64,000 nt of DNA from positions 12,327 to 76,326 of the forward strand of contig WJMT01000068.1 of the NCBI GenBank assembly GCA_014727835.1, given 5' to 3'. The notes beneath the pieces were generated by a model. It did no database searches. It worked only from the letters and a program-made list of their open reading frames with translations, and was not told where the DNA came from. How positions within the stretch are numbered: the stretch's first letter is position 1; every line of letters begins with the position of its first letter. Source of the DNA: Candidatus Aminicenantes bacterium (GTDB lineage: Bacteria; Acidobacteriota; Aminicenantia; Aminicenantales; Aminicenantaceae). This document shows positions 55,635 through 64,000 of the stretch, piece by piece. The translations under genes and the position numbers were made by a program.

Positions 55635-56972
55635 TCAGATCTTTATCAGCTCCTCGACCTTAAAAGGCCGCTCCTGTTCGATGCTTCGGCGTGCTGCTAT
55701 GCCCGTGAGAATGGAGAGAATCCCGTCCCTGAGTGATGCAGCCTGGCCCAGAGGATCTGATTCAACACCATGGAAAATCCGATCCTGCATGATGCGGTCT
55801 GCACCCCAATGACCTCCTTCCCTGGACTTGATCCGGAAAGTTTGGGTCTTTTTGAAATTTTGAGTGACCCGGAATTCAGCCAGACTATCTGTTCTCCATG
55901 GTTGATTGTGATAGATCCGGGCATCCAAACGACCCTGAGTTCCGTTAAACCCCACAACATAACCCTCATAAGGCATGAATGCATTCAGGGAATAACTCAT
56001 AGTGACCCTGTTGTGATACTGGACCTGGACATTCATGGTATCCCATATATTGATCTCATTCCGGAACACACAGGAATCTCTGATATAACCATCCTCGTCT
56101 TCTGCTTTCACATAAAGGTTCATCAAGTGCTGTTCCCGAGTGATGTCCCAGAAGAATTCACACTTTCTTTGATGGGGACACGTCATGCACCGGAGACCCC
56201 TAAACACGCCGTTGTGCCCATATTTACGGAGCTCGCCAATTGCATTCACTTCCACTGGCTCTGCATCCAGCCACCAATTCATCAGGTCATAATGGTGAGT
56301 GGCTTTGTGCACCAAAAGAGAGCCGGAAAACTGTTTGAATCCATGCCAGCGCCTGAAATAAGATGCTCCGTGATACACATCCAGGTAGTAGTTGAAATCC
56401 ACTGAGGTGACATCCCCGATTTCTTTTGAGAGGAGGATCTCTTTGATTTTGACTGCTGCCGGACCATAACGGTAGTTGAATGTCACGATCAGATTTCTTC
56501 CCGTGCGTCTTTTGCTATCTAGAATCTTCTGAGCCATTTTTTCATCTGTGGCCAAAGGCTTTTCTGTGATCACATCACAGCCCATATTCATGGCCAAACA
56601 GATGTATTTGGCATGAAAACAGTCAGTGGTGGTCACGATCACAGTATCAGGCTCTGTTTCATGGATCATCTTTCTAAAATCAGTGAAGGTGGGGCATCTG
56701 GCACCCATAAATCTTTTTGCATACGCCATCCTCTTGGGATTGATGTCACAAAGTCCCACCATTTCAAGGCAGTCGGAATATCTTTGGATCAAAGTCCTCC
56801 CCCAGGTTGAACTGCCCCTGATGCCGGTCCCCACCAGCGCCACTTTCCTTTTGCGGCCCCTCGGAGGAGCCCAGGCTGCTCCCGCTTTGAGAAGAGGAAA
56901 ACAGGCTGCTCCTAAGGCCATCCCTGCTGAAGAAAATAGAAATTTTCGGCGATTGAATCCATTTTTTTTCAT
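55635..56972 (-). CDS. Tat-signal Gfo/Idh/MocA-family oxidoreductase (GH109-like architecture)
   Basis: NRRKFLFSSAGMALGAA Tat signal and VALVGTGIRG Rossmann motif. The protein is 445 aa. Confidence 0.75.
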   Translation of the reverse strand: MKKNGFNRRKFLFSSAGMALGAACFPLLKAGAAWAPPRGRKRKVALVGTGIRGSSTWGRTLIQRYSDCLEMVGLCDINPKRMAYAKRFMGARCPTFTDFRKMIHETEPDTVIVTTTDCFHAKYICLAMNMGCDVITEKPLATDEKMAQKILDSKRRTGRNLIVTFNYRYGPAAVKIKEILLSKEIGDVTSVDFNYYLDVYHGASYFRRWHGFKQFSGSLLVHKATHHYDLMNWWLDAEPVEVNAIGELRKYGHNGVFRGLRCMTCPHQRKCEFFWDITREQHLMNLYVKAEDEDGYIRDSCVFRNEINIWDTMNVQVQYHNRVTMSYSLNAFMPYEGYVVGFNGTQGRLDARIYHNQPWRTDSLAEFRVTQNFKKTQTFRIKSREGGHWGADRIMQDRIFHGVESDPLGQAASLRDGILSILTGIAARRSIEQERPFKVEELIKI

Positions 56973-57112
56973 GACTTGATCCCTCCGGACATTGAGTTCC
57001 TTTTCCTTCTGCTTCTATCACACGGTCACAAAGATGTCAAAATGAGTTCTCTTTCCCTCACATCTACTTCACAATTTTATTCCTTCCTCATAAAATAAAC
57101 ACAGACTCTGAT

Positions 57113-57691
57113 TTGAACGTAATAAAAATGAACAGGATCGGGATGGATGACAACCGGCTTTTAAAAGGATGCATGGAAGGCGACCTGGAATGTTATCAAC
57201 AACTGGTTCATCGATACTCAGGAAAGGCCATGGCCCTGGCACTGAATATACTGAAAAACAAACAGGATGCTGAAGACGCATGCCAGGATGCGTTTATCCG
57301 CATATTCAACAATTTGGAAGGATTTGACTTCAACAAAAAATTCAAAGACTGGTTCTATGCCATCCTGTACAACCGGTGTATTGACCTGGTGAGAAAAAAG
57401 CATCGATTTTATCAATTTTTCTTAAAGAAAAAAGCGCAGCAGATGTCAGAACACAAACAGAAAAACAAAACTGGAGAGATTCCCAAGCCGCTTCCTTCTC
57501 AGTACTTGAAAAAATTGAGCCCCAAAGAAAAAACTGCTTTGCTTCTCTGGGCCCAAGAAGGATATGAAAGCAAGGAGATCGGAGAGATCATGAAATGTTC
57601 TCCCAGCACAGTCCGGGTCTACCTGTTTAAAGCAAGACAAAAAATAAAATCATATCTGGAGAAAAAAAATGAACCGCTGCAAAATCATTAA
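57113..57691 (+). CDS. ECF-type RNA polymerase sigma factor (module 1)
   Basis: Region 2 (YQQLVHRYSGKAMALALNILKNKQDAEDACQDAFIRIF) and region 4 (EIGEIMKCSPSTVRVYLFKARQKI). The start is uncertain: TTG 57113, ATG 57128 or ATG 57143. Confidence 0.85.
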   Translation: MNVIKMNRIGMDDNRLLKGCMEGDLECYQQLVHRYSGKAMALALNILKNKQDAEDACQDAFIRIFNNLEGFDFNKKFKDWFYAILYNRCIDLVRKKHRFYQFFLKKKAQQMSEHKQKNKTGEIPKPLPSQYLKKLSPKEKTALLLWAQEGYESKEIGEIMKCSPSTVRVYLFKARQKIKSYLEKKNEPLQNH

Positions 57692-58148
57692 TGCGCTGTA
57701 TTGGATACTGCCCTTGCGTCCTATTAGAGGATGGCTGATCCAAACACATATCCTTCAATGTCCCCGCTGCATGAAAAAACTGGCCAGTGCCTCTGAAGTC
57801 AGGTCTTTACTGATTACAGAACACAGTCTGGAAACCAAAGTCGACCTCTGGCCTTCATTGCATAAAAAACTGAACAAACCACAGGAAAAAACCAAATCGA
57901 CTTCATTTTTTCAAAAACGGTGGGCTTATGCAGCGGCAGGAATTCTGGCTGTCATCGTCTCAGGAATTGTTGTCTTTCATTCGTGGTTTGATCACCAGCA
58001 CATAGGATATCTTCCCCCTTCGAGAGATTTTCAGATCCAATACATAAATGTTCAAAACAAGCCGGCCCACACCTATTATTATCAATGTCCGGATTCAGAT
58101 TTTGTTTTTATATGGGCTGAGAAAAACAAAGGAGGTTTTTGTGAATAA
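57669..58148 (+). CDS. zf-HC2 anti-sigma factor, single-pass membrane protein (module 1)
   Basis: HILQCPRC (HxxxCxxC) and one TM helix (AAAGILAVIVSGIVVF). It overlaps the sigma gene. Confidence 0.75.
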   Translation: MNRCKIINALYWILPLRPIRGWLIQTHILQCPRCMKKLASASEVRSLLITEHSLETKVDLWPSLHKKLNKPQEKTKSTSFFQKRWAYAAAGILAVIVSGIVVFHSWFDHQHIGYLPPSRDFQIQYINVQNKPAHTYYYQCPDSDFVFIWAEKNKGGFCE

Positions 58149-59448
58149 AAGAAACTTTTTCTTTTTAACCGTGCTGGTTTGTCTTTGCTTCTCCCTCTCT
58201 TTGAACGCTTCAGAGCATCTCAATATAAAGATGCGTTTTTTCCAAGGAGCCCGAAAAGGACAAATCCGCCCCCCTGAGTCAGTGACCTCTTCTTTTCTCC
58301 AACCCACTATCTCTGCCACCATCCCATCAAAGTTTCTTCTGCAGGAAGAAATATCAAAGATTCAAAAAGTGTTCAACCTGGAAGATGTCGCCTTGATCAC
58401 TGAAGCTGATGTCCACTTCATTCTGGAGAAAAGCAGATGGAAGCACACCAAAAAAGAAGAGTACAACTTCAGACTGGACGAAAAACAGTTTTCCTTTATC
58501 CTGTTTCCTAAAAAAAATATCATCACAGATTTTGATAAAGACAATACAGAACCGCGGACCCTTCAATTCCATCTTCAGGTATTTGAACACAAGGAAGACA
58601 AATATCACGAAATGCTGGGCACTCAATTTCTTCTCCCGTCAAATAAAATTGCTGTTTTTGGATTTGAGGATATGGAAGGCAATCCTTATTTCCTGTCATT
58701 CCACATCACCCGATATGAATCCTCTCCTCCTCCTCCGCCGCCTCCTTTTCAATTCGAACCTGCTGCAGATCCCATCACAGGAATCCACACTCAAGAACAA
58801 ATCAAGGAATTCAAAAAAGGAGCTGTGGAAGTCAAAGGAGAAATGAAACCGCCTAAAATCATCAGAAAAGTGGCCCCCCGGTATCCCAAAGAAGCTGTGG
58901 AAGCCAAAGTGGAAGGAATCGTCATCCTCGAAGCCCGGACTGACATTTACGGCAGGGTCCAAGATGTCCGAGTTTTGAAAGGAAAAGACCCTCTTCTCAA
59001 CCAAGCTGCTAAGGAAGCGGTTATGCAGTGGGTCTATGAACCTTTGGTGATCAATGGAGAGCCCAAAGACATTATTTTCACCACAACAGTTACCTTTGAA
59101 CTGAATAAAGAAGAAGAAAAAATCGTTCAATCTGAAACCATGGGCGGTGTTGTCAGAGGAGCCATCAAATTAGAAGAGGGGATCAAAAGACCCAGGCTGA
59201 GAAGAAAAGTGGCTCCTGTTTATCCTGATAGAGCGATTAGGAATGGGATTCAGGGAGTGGTCATACTGGAGGTGACCACAGATCAAAAAGGAGTCCCTAT
59301 TGATATCAAAGTCAAAAAAAGCGAGAGTTCGCTATTGAACCAGCCGGCCATAGAAGCTGTGAAGCAATGGCGGTATGAGCCCTTTCTATTGAATGGAGAA
59401 CCTCAAACTATAGTTTTCAGAGTAACGGTCACCTTTAAACTCAAATAA
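58141..59448 (+). CDS. secreted protein with an unknown N-domain, a poly-Pro linker and two tandem TonB C-terminal domains
   Basis: GGAGG precedes the GTG at 58141. Signal peptide FFFLTVLVCLCFSLSLNA, then SSPPPPPPPF. The two TonB_C repeats are KVAPRYPKEAVEAKVEGIVILE...VTFEL and KVAPVYPDRAIRNGIQGVVILE...VTFKL. Confidence 0.8.
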   Translation: MNKRNFFFLTVLVCLCFSLSLNASEHLNIKMRFFQGARKGQIRPPESVTSSFLQPTISATIPSKFLLQEEISKIQKVFNLEDVALITEADVHFILEKSRWKHTKKEEYNFRLDEKQFSFILFPKKNIITDFDKDNTEPRTLQFHLQVFEHKEDKYHEMLGTQFLLPSNKIAVFGFEDMEGNPYFLSFHITRYESSPPPPPPPFQFEPAADPITGIHTQEQIKEFKKGAVEVKGEMKPPKIIRKVAPRYPKEAVEAKVEGIVILEARTDIYGRVQDVRVLKGKDPLLNQAAKEAVMQWVYEPLVINGEPKDIIFTTTVTFELNKEEEKIVQSETMGGVVRGAIKLEEGIKRPRLRRKVAPVYPDRAIRNGIQGVVILEVTTDQKGVPIDIKVKKSESSLLNQPAIEAVKQWRYEPFLLNGEPQTIVFRVTVTFKLK

Positions 59449-59469
59449 AAACAGAAAAGAGCCCGTTTT

Positions 59470-59763
59470 TCAAGCCATAACCGTCACTTCATACAGTTCA
59501 CGGACCGGCGCCTGTGAGAATAAAGTGACGAATTTTGCCAGCTGCTCTTGGTAATAGCGGCTCTCTTCATTAGCCAGTGCATTTTCTTTGGTTTCCCATA
59601 AGGTGATGGCCATGCCTTTCCCTGTATCACGGTCTTGAAAAACAAATGAACCTCTGTATCCTTCCTGAGCTTTGGCTGCCGGGACCACGCTGTCTTTGTA
59701 TATTTGAGTGAATTCATCTATCTTTTCTTTTTTGATTTGAGCTGAAGTCAAACGCGCATACAT
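59470..59763 (-). CDS. ABM/Dabb-fold (antibiotic biosynthesis monooxygenase-like) protein
   Basis: A 97-aa protein with MYARLTSAQIKKEKIDEFTQIYKDSVVPAAKAQEGYRG...MAITLWETKENA. Confidence 0.6.
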   Translation of the reverse strand: MYARLTSAQIKKEKIDEFTQIYKDSVVPAAKAQEGYRGSFVFQDRDTGKGMAITLWETKENALANEESRYYQEQLAKFVTLFSQAPVRELYEVTVMA

Positions 59764-60015
59764 AAAAGGTCCCTCCTTTGATGAGTCCTTATTTTCCCTT
59801 CTCTCTACTGCTGTAAAATATCAGCAAAATATGAATATATCAAGTCTTTTTCTTTGATTTGTTCATTTTCAACAAAAATAAACTTGGACTGTTCACAAGT
59901 CGAGAGTGATGCAGATGCCAGGCCCAGGGTATGAGGAAGGAGTAATGAAAAAATCGGCATTTTTTAGAATAGTTTAGGTTAACATATTTGAAGGAAAAGG
60001 AGTATATTGATGTAG

Positions 60016-60582
60016 ATGAGGGATGAAGCTGAACTTGTAAAAAGGACCTTAGACGGAGATGAATCTGCCTTTGAAGTTTTGCTTGGTCCCTACAAAAAAG
60101 GATTGCTGAATATGGCTTATCAAATCACATTGAATGCTGAAGACGCCAAAGACATCTCCCAAGAAGCTGTGGTCAAAGCCTATAGGCATCTCCACAAATT
60201 CAAGAAAACAAAGAGTTTTAAAAACTGGATCTACACCATCACAGCTCATGCCGCTTATGACTTTATTCACAAAAGAAACAGGCAACAGGACCTGGTTCAT
60301 AACAAACAGCACACAGGAGACCTGATCAGCAGTTCTCCTGAAAAACAGTATCAAAACACTCAAACAAAAGAAAAAATTCAATTCTGTCTCAAACTCCTGA
60401 CCCCTAAAGAAAAGATGGTCTATATCCTGAGAGATATCAAAGAATTCTCCATTAAGGAAACATCCCAGACCTTGAACATTTCCTCTCAAAGTGTTCGCAC
60501 TCATTTGTCCCGAGCCAGAAAAAAAATCCGCCATCAATTTGAACAATTCAAATCAAATAATGGAGAGACCAATGAAGTGTAA
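60016..60582 (+). CDS. ECF-type RNA polymerase sigma factor (module 2)
   Basis: Region 2 (FEVLLGPYKKGLLNMAYQITLNAEDAKDISQEAVVKAY) and region 4 (ETSQTLNISSQSVRTHLSRARKKI). Confidence 0.88.
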   Translation: MRDEAELVKRTLDGDESAFEVLLGPYKKGLLNMAYQITLNAEDAKDISQEAVVKAYRHLHKFKKTKSFKNWIYTITAHAAYDFIHKRNRQQDLVHNKQHTGDLISSSPEKQYQNTQTKEKIQFCLKLLTPKEKMVYILRDIKEFSIKETSQTLNISSQSVRTHLSRARKKIRHQFEQFKSNNGETNEV

Positions 60583-61066
60583 AAAGACCAGGAATTGGCT
60601 GCCCCTTTTTGTGGGAGGAGACCTGGGTGAAATGAAATCCTCCCAGGTGAAATCCCATCTCAGAAACTGCCCCTTGTGTCAGCAAGAATATCACAAGTAT
60701 CAACATTCTCTGGAAAAAACCAAGGCCTGGATCAAAAACGAAACTATGGACTGGAGCCAAATAGAGTGGCAGGACTGTTTGAACAGCGCAGTGAAGGAAA
60801 AAACTCCCAAAAGCAAAATATTCATTCCTTTGTCTTTCAAACCATCCTGGGCTGTAGGCTTGATGCTGATCATCGCCATTGCCCTCTCAATCTTTATCAT
60901 GAATCCCTCGCTTGTGACTAAAGACAATACTGAAATCTTTGCTTCAGCCTTAGATACAGAAGATTTTCAAAAAGAAGTGGAGCTTGTTTTGGTGTCTCAG
61001 GAAACAGGGCTTCAAGTGAAATGGATTTTTAATAAAGAATTCAATCTTAAGGAGGAAATCAAATGA
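60572..61066 (+). CDS. zf-HC2 anti-sigma factor, single-pass membrane protein (module 2)
   Basis: HLRNCPLC (HxxxCxxC) and a TM helix WAVGLMLIIAIALSIFIM. The ATG at 60572 overlaps the sigma stop (ATGAAGTGTAA) and follows GGAG. An alternative ATG lies at 60560. Confidence 0.75.
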   Translation: MKCKKTRNWLPLFVGGDLGEMKSSQVKSHLRNCPLCQQEYHKYQHSLEKTKAWIKNETMDWSQIEWQDCLNSAVKEKTPKSKIFIPLSFKPSWAVGLMLIIAIALSIFIMNPSLVTKDNTEIFASALDTEDFQKEVELVLVSQETGLQVKWIFNKEFNLKEEIK

Positions 61067-61812
61067 AAAAAATAGCTTTAGGAATTTTCATGATGTTCTT
61101 GGCATCTTTGGTGTTCGCAAATGTTGACACTTGGCAACAGGATCAATCAAAGCCAGAGCTTCAAAGACAAATCATCAAAGTCAATTACATCCGGATTGAA
61201 ACCGCTTACAGCGTGCTGCGTCCCTATACCAGCCGTTATGGCAATCTCCAGATGCTGAGAGACAGAAACATGCTGATCATTGAAGACCAGCCTGAATTTG
61301 TGGAAAAAATCCTTTCCATTCTCCAAGAGATCGATGTCAAGCCTCTTGATATACAAATCACAGTGGATCTGATCCTCGCCTCTAAGAACAAAGACACTTC
61401 TTTTGAAACGGAAAAAAACCTTCAATCTGACCCCATCATCAAAGAATTGATGTCCATGATGAACTACCAGGCATTCAAACACCTAGACACCTCTCTCATC
61501 CGTGTCCAGGACAACACCATTTCTTCCCAGAGGATCGGGGGCAGCGGGATCGGCCTGCTTCTCCAACTTCAGCCCCGTCATTATAAAGAAGAAAAAAAAG
61601 ACCTGTTTCAGGTCGAACTGAGACTTCATCAGGTCGAAGGGACCACAGAAATCGGAAACATCGAGAGGTCTTACTCGCTAAAAAATCCTGTTAAACTCAT
61701 CGACACATCTCTAAGTATCCAAAGCGGTCAACGGTCTGTGGTGGGTGTTTCCAAACTGAACGGAGGAGACCTGGCTCTCATCCTGGTCATCAAAGGAAAC
61801 ATCATCCAGTAA
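61063..61812 (+). CDS. signal-peptide protein with a secretin-N (NolW-like) domain and a short secretin-like C-terminal region
   Basis: IIKVNYIRIETAYSVLRPYTS...MLIIEDQPEFVEKILSILQEID is followed by IQITVDLILA and LSIQSGQRSVVGVS, resembling a secretin layout in only 249 aa. Confidence 0.5.
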   Translation: MKKIALGIFMMFLASLVFANVDTWQQDQSKPELQRQIIKVNYIRIETAYSVLRPYTSRYGNLQMLRDRNMLIIEDQPEFVEKILSILQEIDVKPLDIQITVDLILASKNKDTSFETEKNLQSDPIIKELMSMMNYQAFKHLDTSLIRVQDNTISSQRIGGSGIGLLLQLQPRHYKEEKKDLFQVELRLHQVEGTTEIGNIERSYSLKNPVKLIDTSLSIQSGQRSVVGVSKLNGGDLALILVIKGNIIQ

Positions 61813-61840
61813 ATCACTTTCACACATCATTCATCCATAA

Positions 61841-62353
61841 AAACCACACGGGAGCCTGAGAGGGCTCCCGGAAATGAAAGTGCCCACCACTCATGGTGTG
61901 AAAAACCTTCCGGGTGATTATGAAGGAAAATGGCTGGTGCTCTTCAGCCATATCAAGTGGGTGGAGTGGATCGAAAACGAGCTCGATGTTCCCATTCCCT
62001 TTCCCATCATTGCTGATGACCAGGGCAAAATCGCCAAAAGACTGGGCATGGTCCATCCTGGAAAAGGGACCAATACAGTGAGAGCTGTGTTTATTGTGGA
62101 TGACAAGGGAATCATCCGACTGATCCTCTATTATCCTCAGGAAATCGGTCGAAATATGGATGAAATCCTGCGGGCTGTTGAAGCTCTGCAGGTGGCTGGA
62201 AAAAACAAAGCCGCTGTTCCTGCGAATTGGCCTCATAATGAGCTGATCAAAGACCGTGTCATCATCCCGCCCCCTACTGATGTGAACGCAGCCAAGGAAA
62301 GAAAAAAGAAGTACGACTGCTTTGACTGGTGGTTCTTCCACAAGAAAGTCTAA
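61841..62353 (+). pseudogene. Prx6/archaeal-type peroxiredoxin remnant: ancestral start codon lost and an in-frame ~40-aa deletion removes the peroxidatic Cys
   Basis: The frame opens at 61841 and reads [37 protein letters not shown]|[23 protein letters not shown]...[13 protein letters not shown]. The canonical PxDFTPVCTTE...GLSVDSxFSH block is absent between the two halves. The only ATG is at 61874. Confidence 0.7.
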
Positions 62354-62371
62354 CCAAAAAGAAAGACAAGA

Positions 62372-62405
62372 AAAAGGGCTCTTCTCTGAGGGGCCCTTTT
62401 TTTTT
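62372..62405 (+). terminator. rho-independent terminator
   Basis: AAAAGGGC (62372-62379) pairs with GCCCTTTT (62393-62400), and the T run continues to 62405. It sits 19 nt after the prx-remnant stop. Confidence 0.7.
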
Positions 62406-62486
62406 GTTGCCAATTGTGATAAATAAAGACTGACTTTTAGACTGCAAGCGGTTTAATGGATCACAATCACCAAAAGGAGAGAAGAT

Positions 62487-63041
62487 ATGGCTGCTTTATG
62501 GATCTTTATTATCATCATCGGCATCTTTATCGTGGTCGCAGTTGGGATCTACAACGGCCTCATCACTTTAAGAAACCGGGCCGACAATGCCTGGGCTCAA
62601 GTGGATGTCCAGCTTCGAAGACGATATGACCTGATCCCTAATCTTGTGGAGACTGTCAAAGGGTATGCCAAACACGAAAAAGAAGTTTTCCAGAAAGTCA
62701 CGGAAGCCCGTTCTCAAGCCATTGATGCCGGATCCGTCAAAGAGCAGGAGCAGGCTGAAAATATGCTGACAGGCGCTCTCAAGTCCCTTTTTGCTGTGGT
62801 AGAAAATTATCCGGAGCTCAAAGCCAACCAAAACTTCCTCCTGCTCCAGGAAGAGCTGGCTGGAACCGAAGGGAAAATTGCCTATGCCCGCCAGTTCTAC
62901 AACGACACGGTCATGAAGTTCAATACCAAACAGCAGGTCTTCCCATCCAATGTTCTCGCCAATATGTTTGGCTTCAAAGAAAAAGAATACTTTGAGATTG
63001 AAGAGCCTGAAGCCAGAGAACCGGTTAACGTTAAGTTCTAA
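62487..63041 (+). CDS. lemA: LemA family protein
   Basis: N-terminal TM helix, then [42 protein letters not shown]. Confidence 0.9.
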   Translation: MAALWIFIIIIGIFIVVAVGIYNGLITLRNRADNAWAQVDVQLRRRYDLIPNLVETVKGYAKHEKEVFQKVTEARSQAIDAGSVKEQEQAENMLTGALKSLFAVVENYPELKANQNFLLLQEELAGTEGKIAYARQFYNDTVMKFNTKQQVFPSNVLANMFGFKEKEYFEIEEPEAREPVNVKF

Positions 63042-63098
63042 ACCTCAAAAAAAATCTTTGCCTGAAAACAAAGATAAGGACAAAAGGACCCTTCTCCT

Positions 63099-63992
63099 AT
63101 GTATGAGCAAATCACCCGCAATAAGTGGCGGTCATTTTTTCTGATTCTGTTTTTTCTTGGACTAATTTTTGCCCTGAGCTGGGCCTTTGGAGAGCTGACT
63201 GGCTTGGGGCCACAGGGCATGATTTTTGCGGCTGTGATCGCTGTGGCCATGACCTTTGGCAGCTATTATGCCAGCGATAAAATCGTGCTGGCCATTAGCC
63301 GGGCCAAACCGGTCCAAAAAAAAGACTATCCCTATCTCTACAATGTGGTGGAAGGACTGGCCATAGCTGCCGGACTTCCCAAACCCCGCTGTTATGTGAT
63401 CGACGACACCGCTCCCAATGCTTTTGCCTCGGGCAGAAATCCTAAAAATTCTGTGATTGTGGTCACTAAAGGACTGCTTGAAAAATTGAATCGAGCTGAA
63501 CTGGAAGGTGTCATCGCCCACGAGATGTCCCATATAAAAAACAGGGATGTCCTGGTTCAGACTCTGGCTGTAGTCATGGTGGGAGTGGTGGCTCTTTTGA
63601 GCGACTGGATTCTCCGGACATTTATTTGGGGAAGAGGAAGAAAACGCTCCAGTGGAAAAAGCAGCGGAAATGCCGCTGCTATTTTTGTGGTGGTGGCTCT
63701 GGTTTTAGCCATTCTTTCTCCGCTCATCGCTCAGCTACTAAAACTGTCTATTTCCCGAAAAAGGGAATTTCTGGCTGATGCTAACGGCGCCCTGCTGACC
63801 CGGTACCCCCCTGGACTGGCCTCGGCTCTGAAAAAACTTTCTGAAGATAAAGAGCCTCTGGAAGCAGCCAACAAAGCCACAGCCCATCTTTACATCGTCA
63901 ATCCGCTCAAAGACATCAAAGGAAAAGTCAACAAACTCTTCAGCACTCACCCGCCTATTGAAGAGCGCATCTCTGCCCTGGAAAAGATGTGA
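63099..63992 (+). CDS. htpX: M48-family zinc metalloprotease HtpX
   Basis: HEMSHIKNRD zinc motif, 4 TM segments and REFLADANGA. It is paired with lemA. Confidence 0.9.
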   Translation: MYEQITRNKWRSFFLILFFLGLIFALSWAFGELTGLGPQGMIFAAVIAVAMTFGSYYASDKIVLAISRAKPVQKKDYPYLYNVVEGLAIAAGLPKPRCYVIDDTAPNAFASGRNPKNSVIVVTKGLLEKLNRAELEGVIAHEMSHIKNRDVLVQTLAVVMVGVVALLSDWILRTFIWGRGRKRSSGKSSGNAAAIFVVVALVLAILSPLIAQLLKLSISRKREFLADANGALLTRYPPGLASALKKLSEDKEPLEAANKATAHLYIVNPLKDIKGKVNKLFSTHPPIEERISALEKM

Positions 63993-64000
63993 GTTCAGTT

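Noticed and set aside
55770-56405. 211-aa plus-strand ORF
   Set aside because: It is antisense to the Gfo/Idh/MocA oxidoreductase. It is a shadow ORF.
60049-60546. 165-aa minus-strand ORF
   Set aside because: It is antisense to ECF sigma factor 2, which has clear region 2 and region 4 motifs.
61820-62413. 197-aa minus-strand ORF
   Set aside because: It is antisense to the peroxiredoxin remnant, whose plus-strand translation aligns with Prx along its whole length. It also runs through the terminator hairpin.

Overview
This is a 64-kb chromosomal window from a low-GC diderm bacterium (LptD, LpxD, AMIN-amidase and TonB-C domains are present). Gene affinities are mixed: RNase Y/YmdB sit alongside an archaeal-type ApgM and a Pyrococcus-like peroxiredoxin. 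I can support about 63 CDS (one runs off the left edge), one decayed gene, one tRNA-Val(GAC), five near-consensus sigma70-type promoters, one clear intrinsic terminator and several repeats. Most of the content is core housekeeping. It includes purF, gmd/rmd-like, lptD, an atpZ-I-B-E sublocus and lpxD. A 16-gene co-directional minus-strand array follows (thrS-infC-rpmI-rplT-pheST-zapBA-rny-ymdB-xseAB-dxs-tlyA-nadK-trxB), then rnr, coaX, birA, dnaE, guaA, apgM, two ECF sigma/anti-sigma modules and lemA-htpX. I see no CRISPR array, transposase, integrase, phage genes or recognisable defence system. The most unusual items are: (1) an operon of a COG2403-like P-loop protein, carbamate kinase, an OTCase homologue lacking its carbamoyl-phosphate-binding motifs, and a 716-aa Lys/Glu-rich orphan; (2) a stand-alone SelB C-terminal (domain III plus winged-helix) protein overlapping the RNase R stop; (3) a peroxiredoxin with a clean in-frame deletion of the catalytic-Cys segment; (4) a pair of 139-bp TIR-bounded repeats that rewrite a gene end next to purF, plus a 32-nt motif shared with a distant intergenic region; (5) two ECF sigma/anti-sigma pairs, each followed by an atypical secreted envelope protein. 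All functional calls come from reading the translations by eye. No database search was run.
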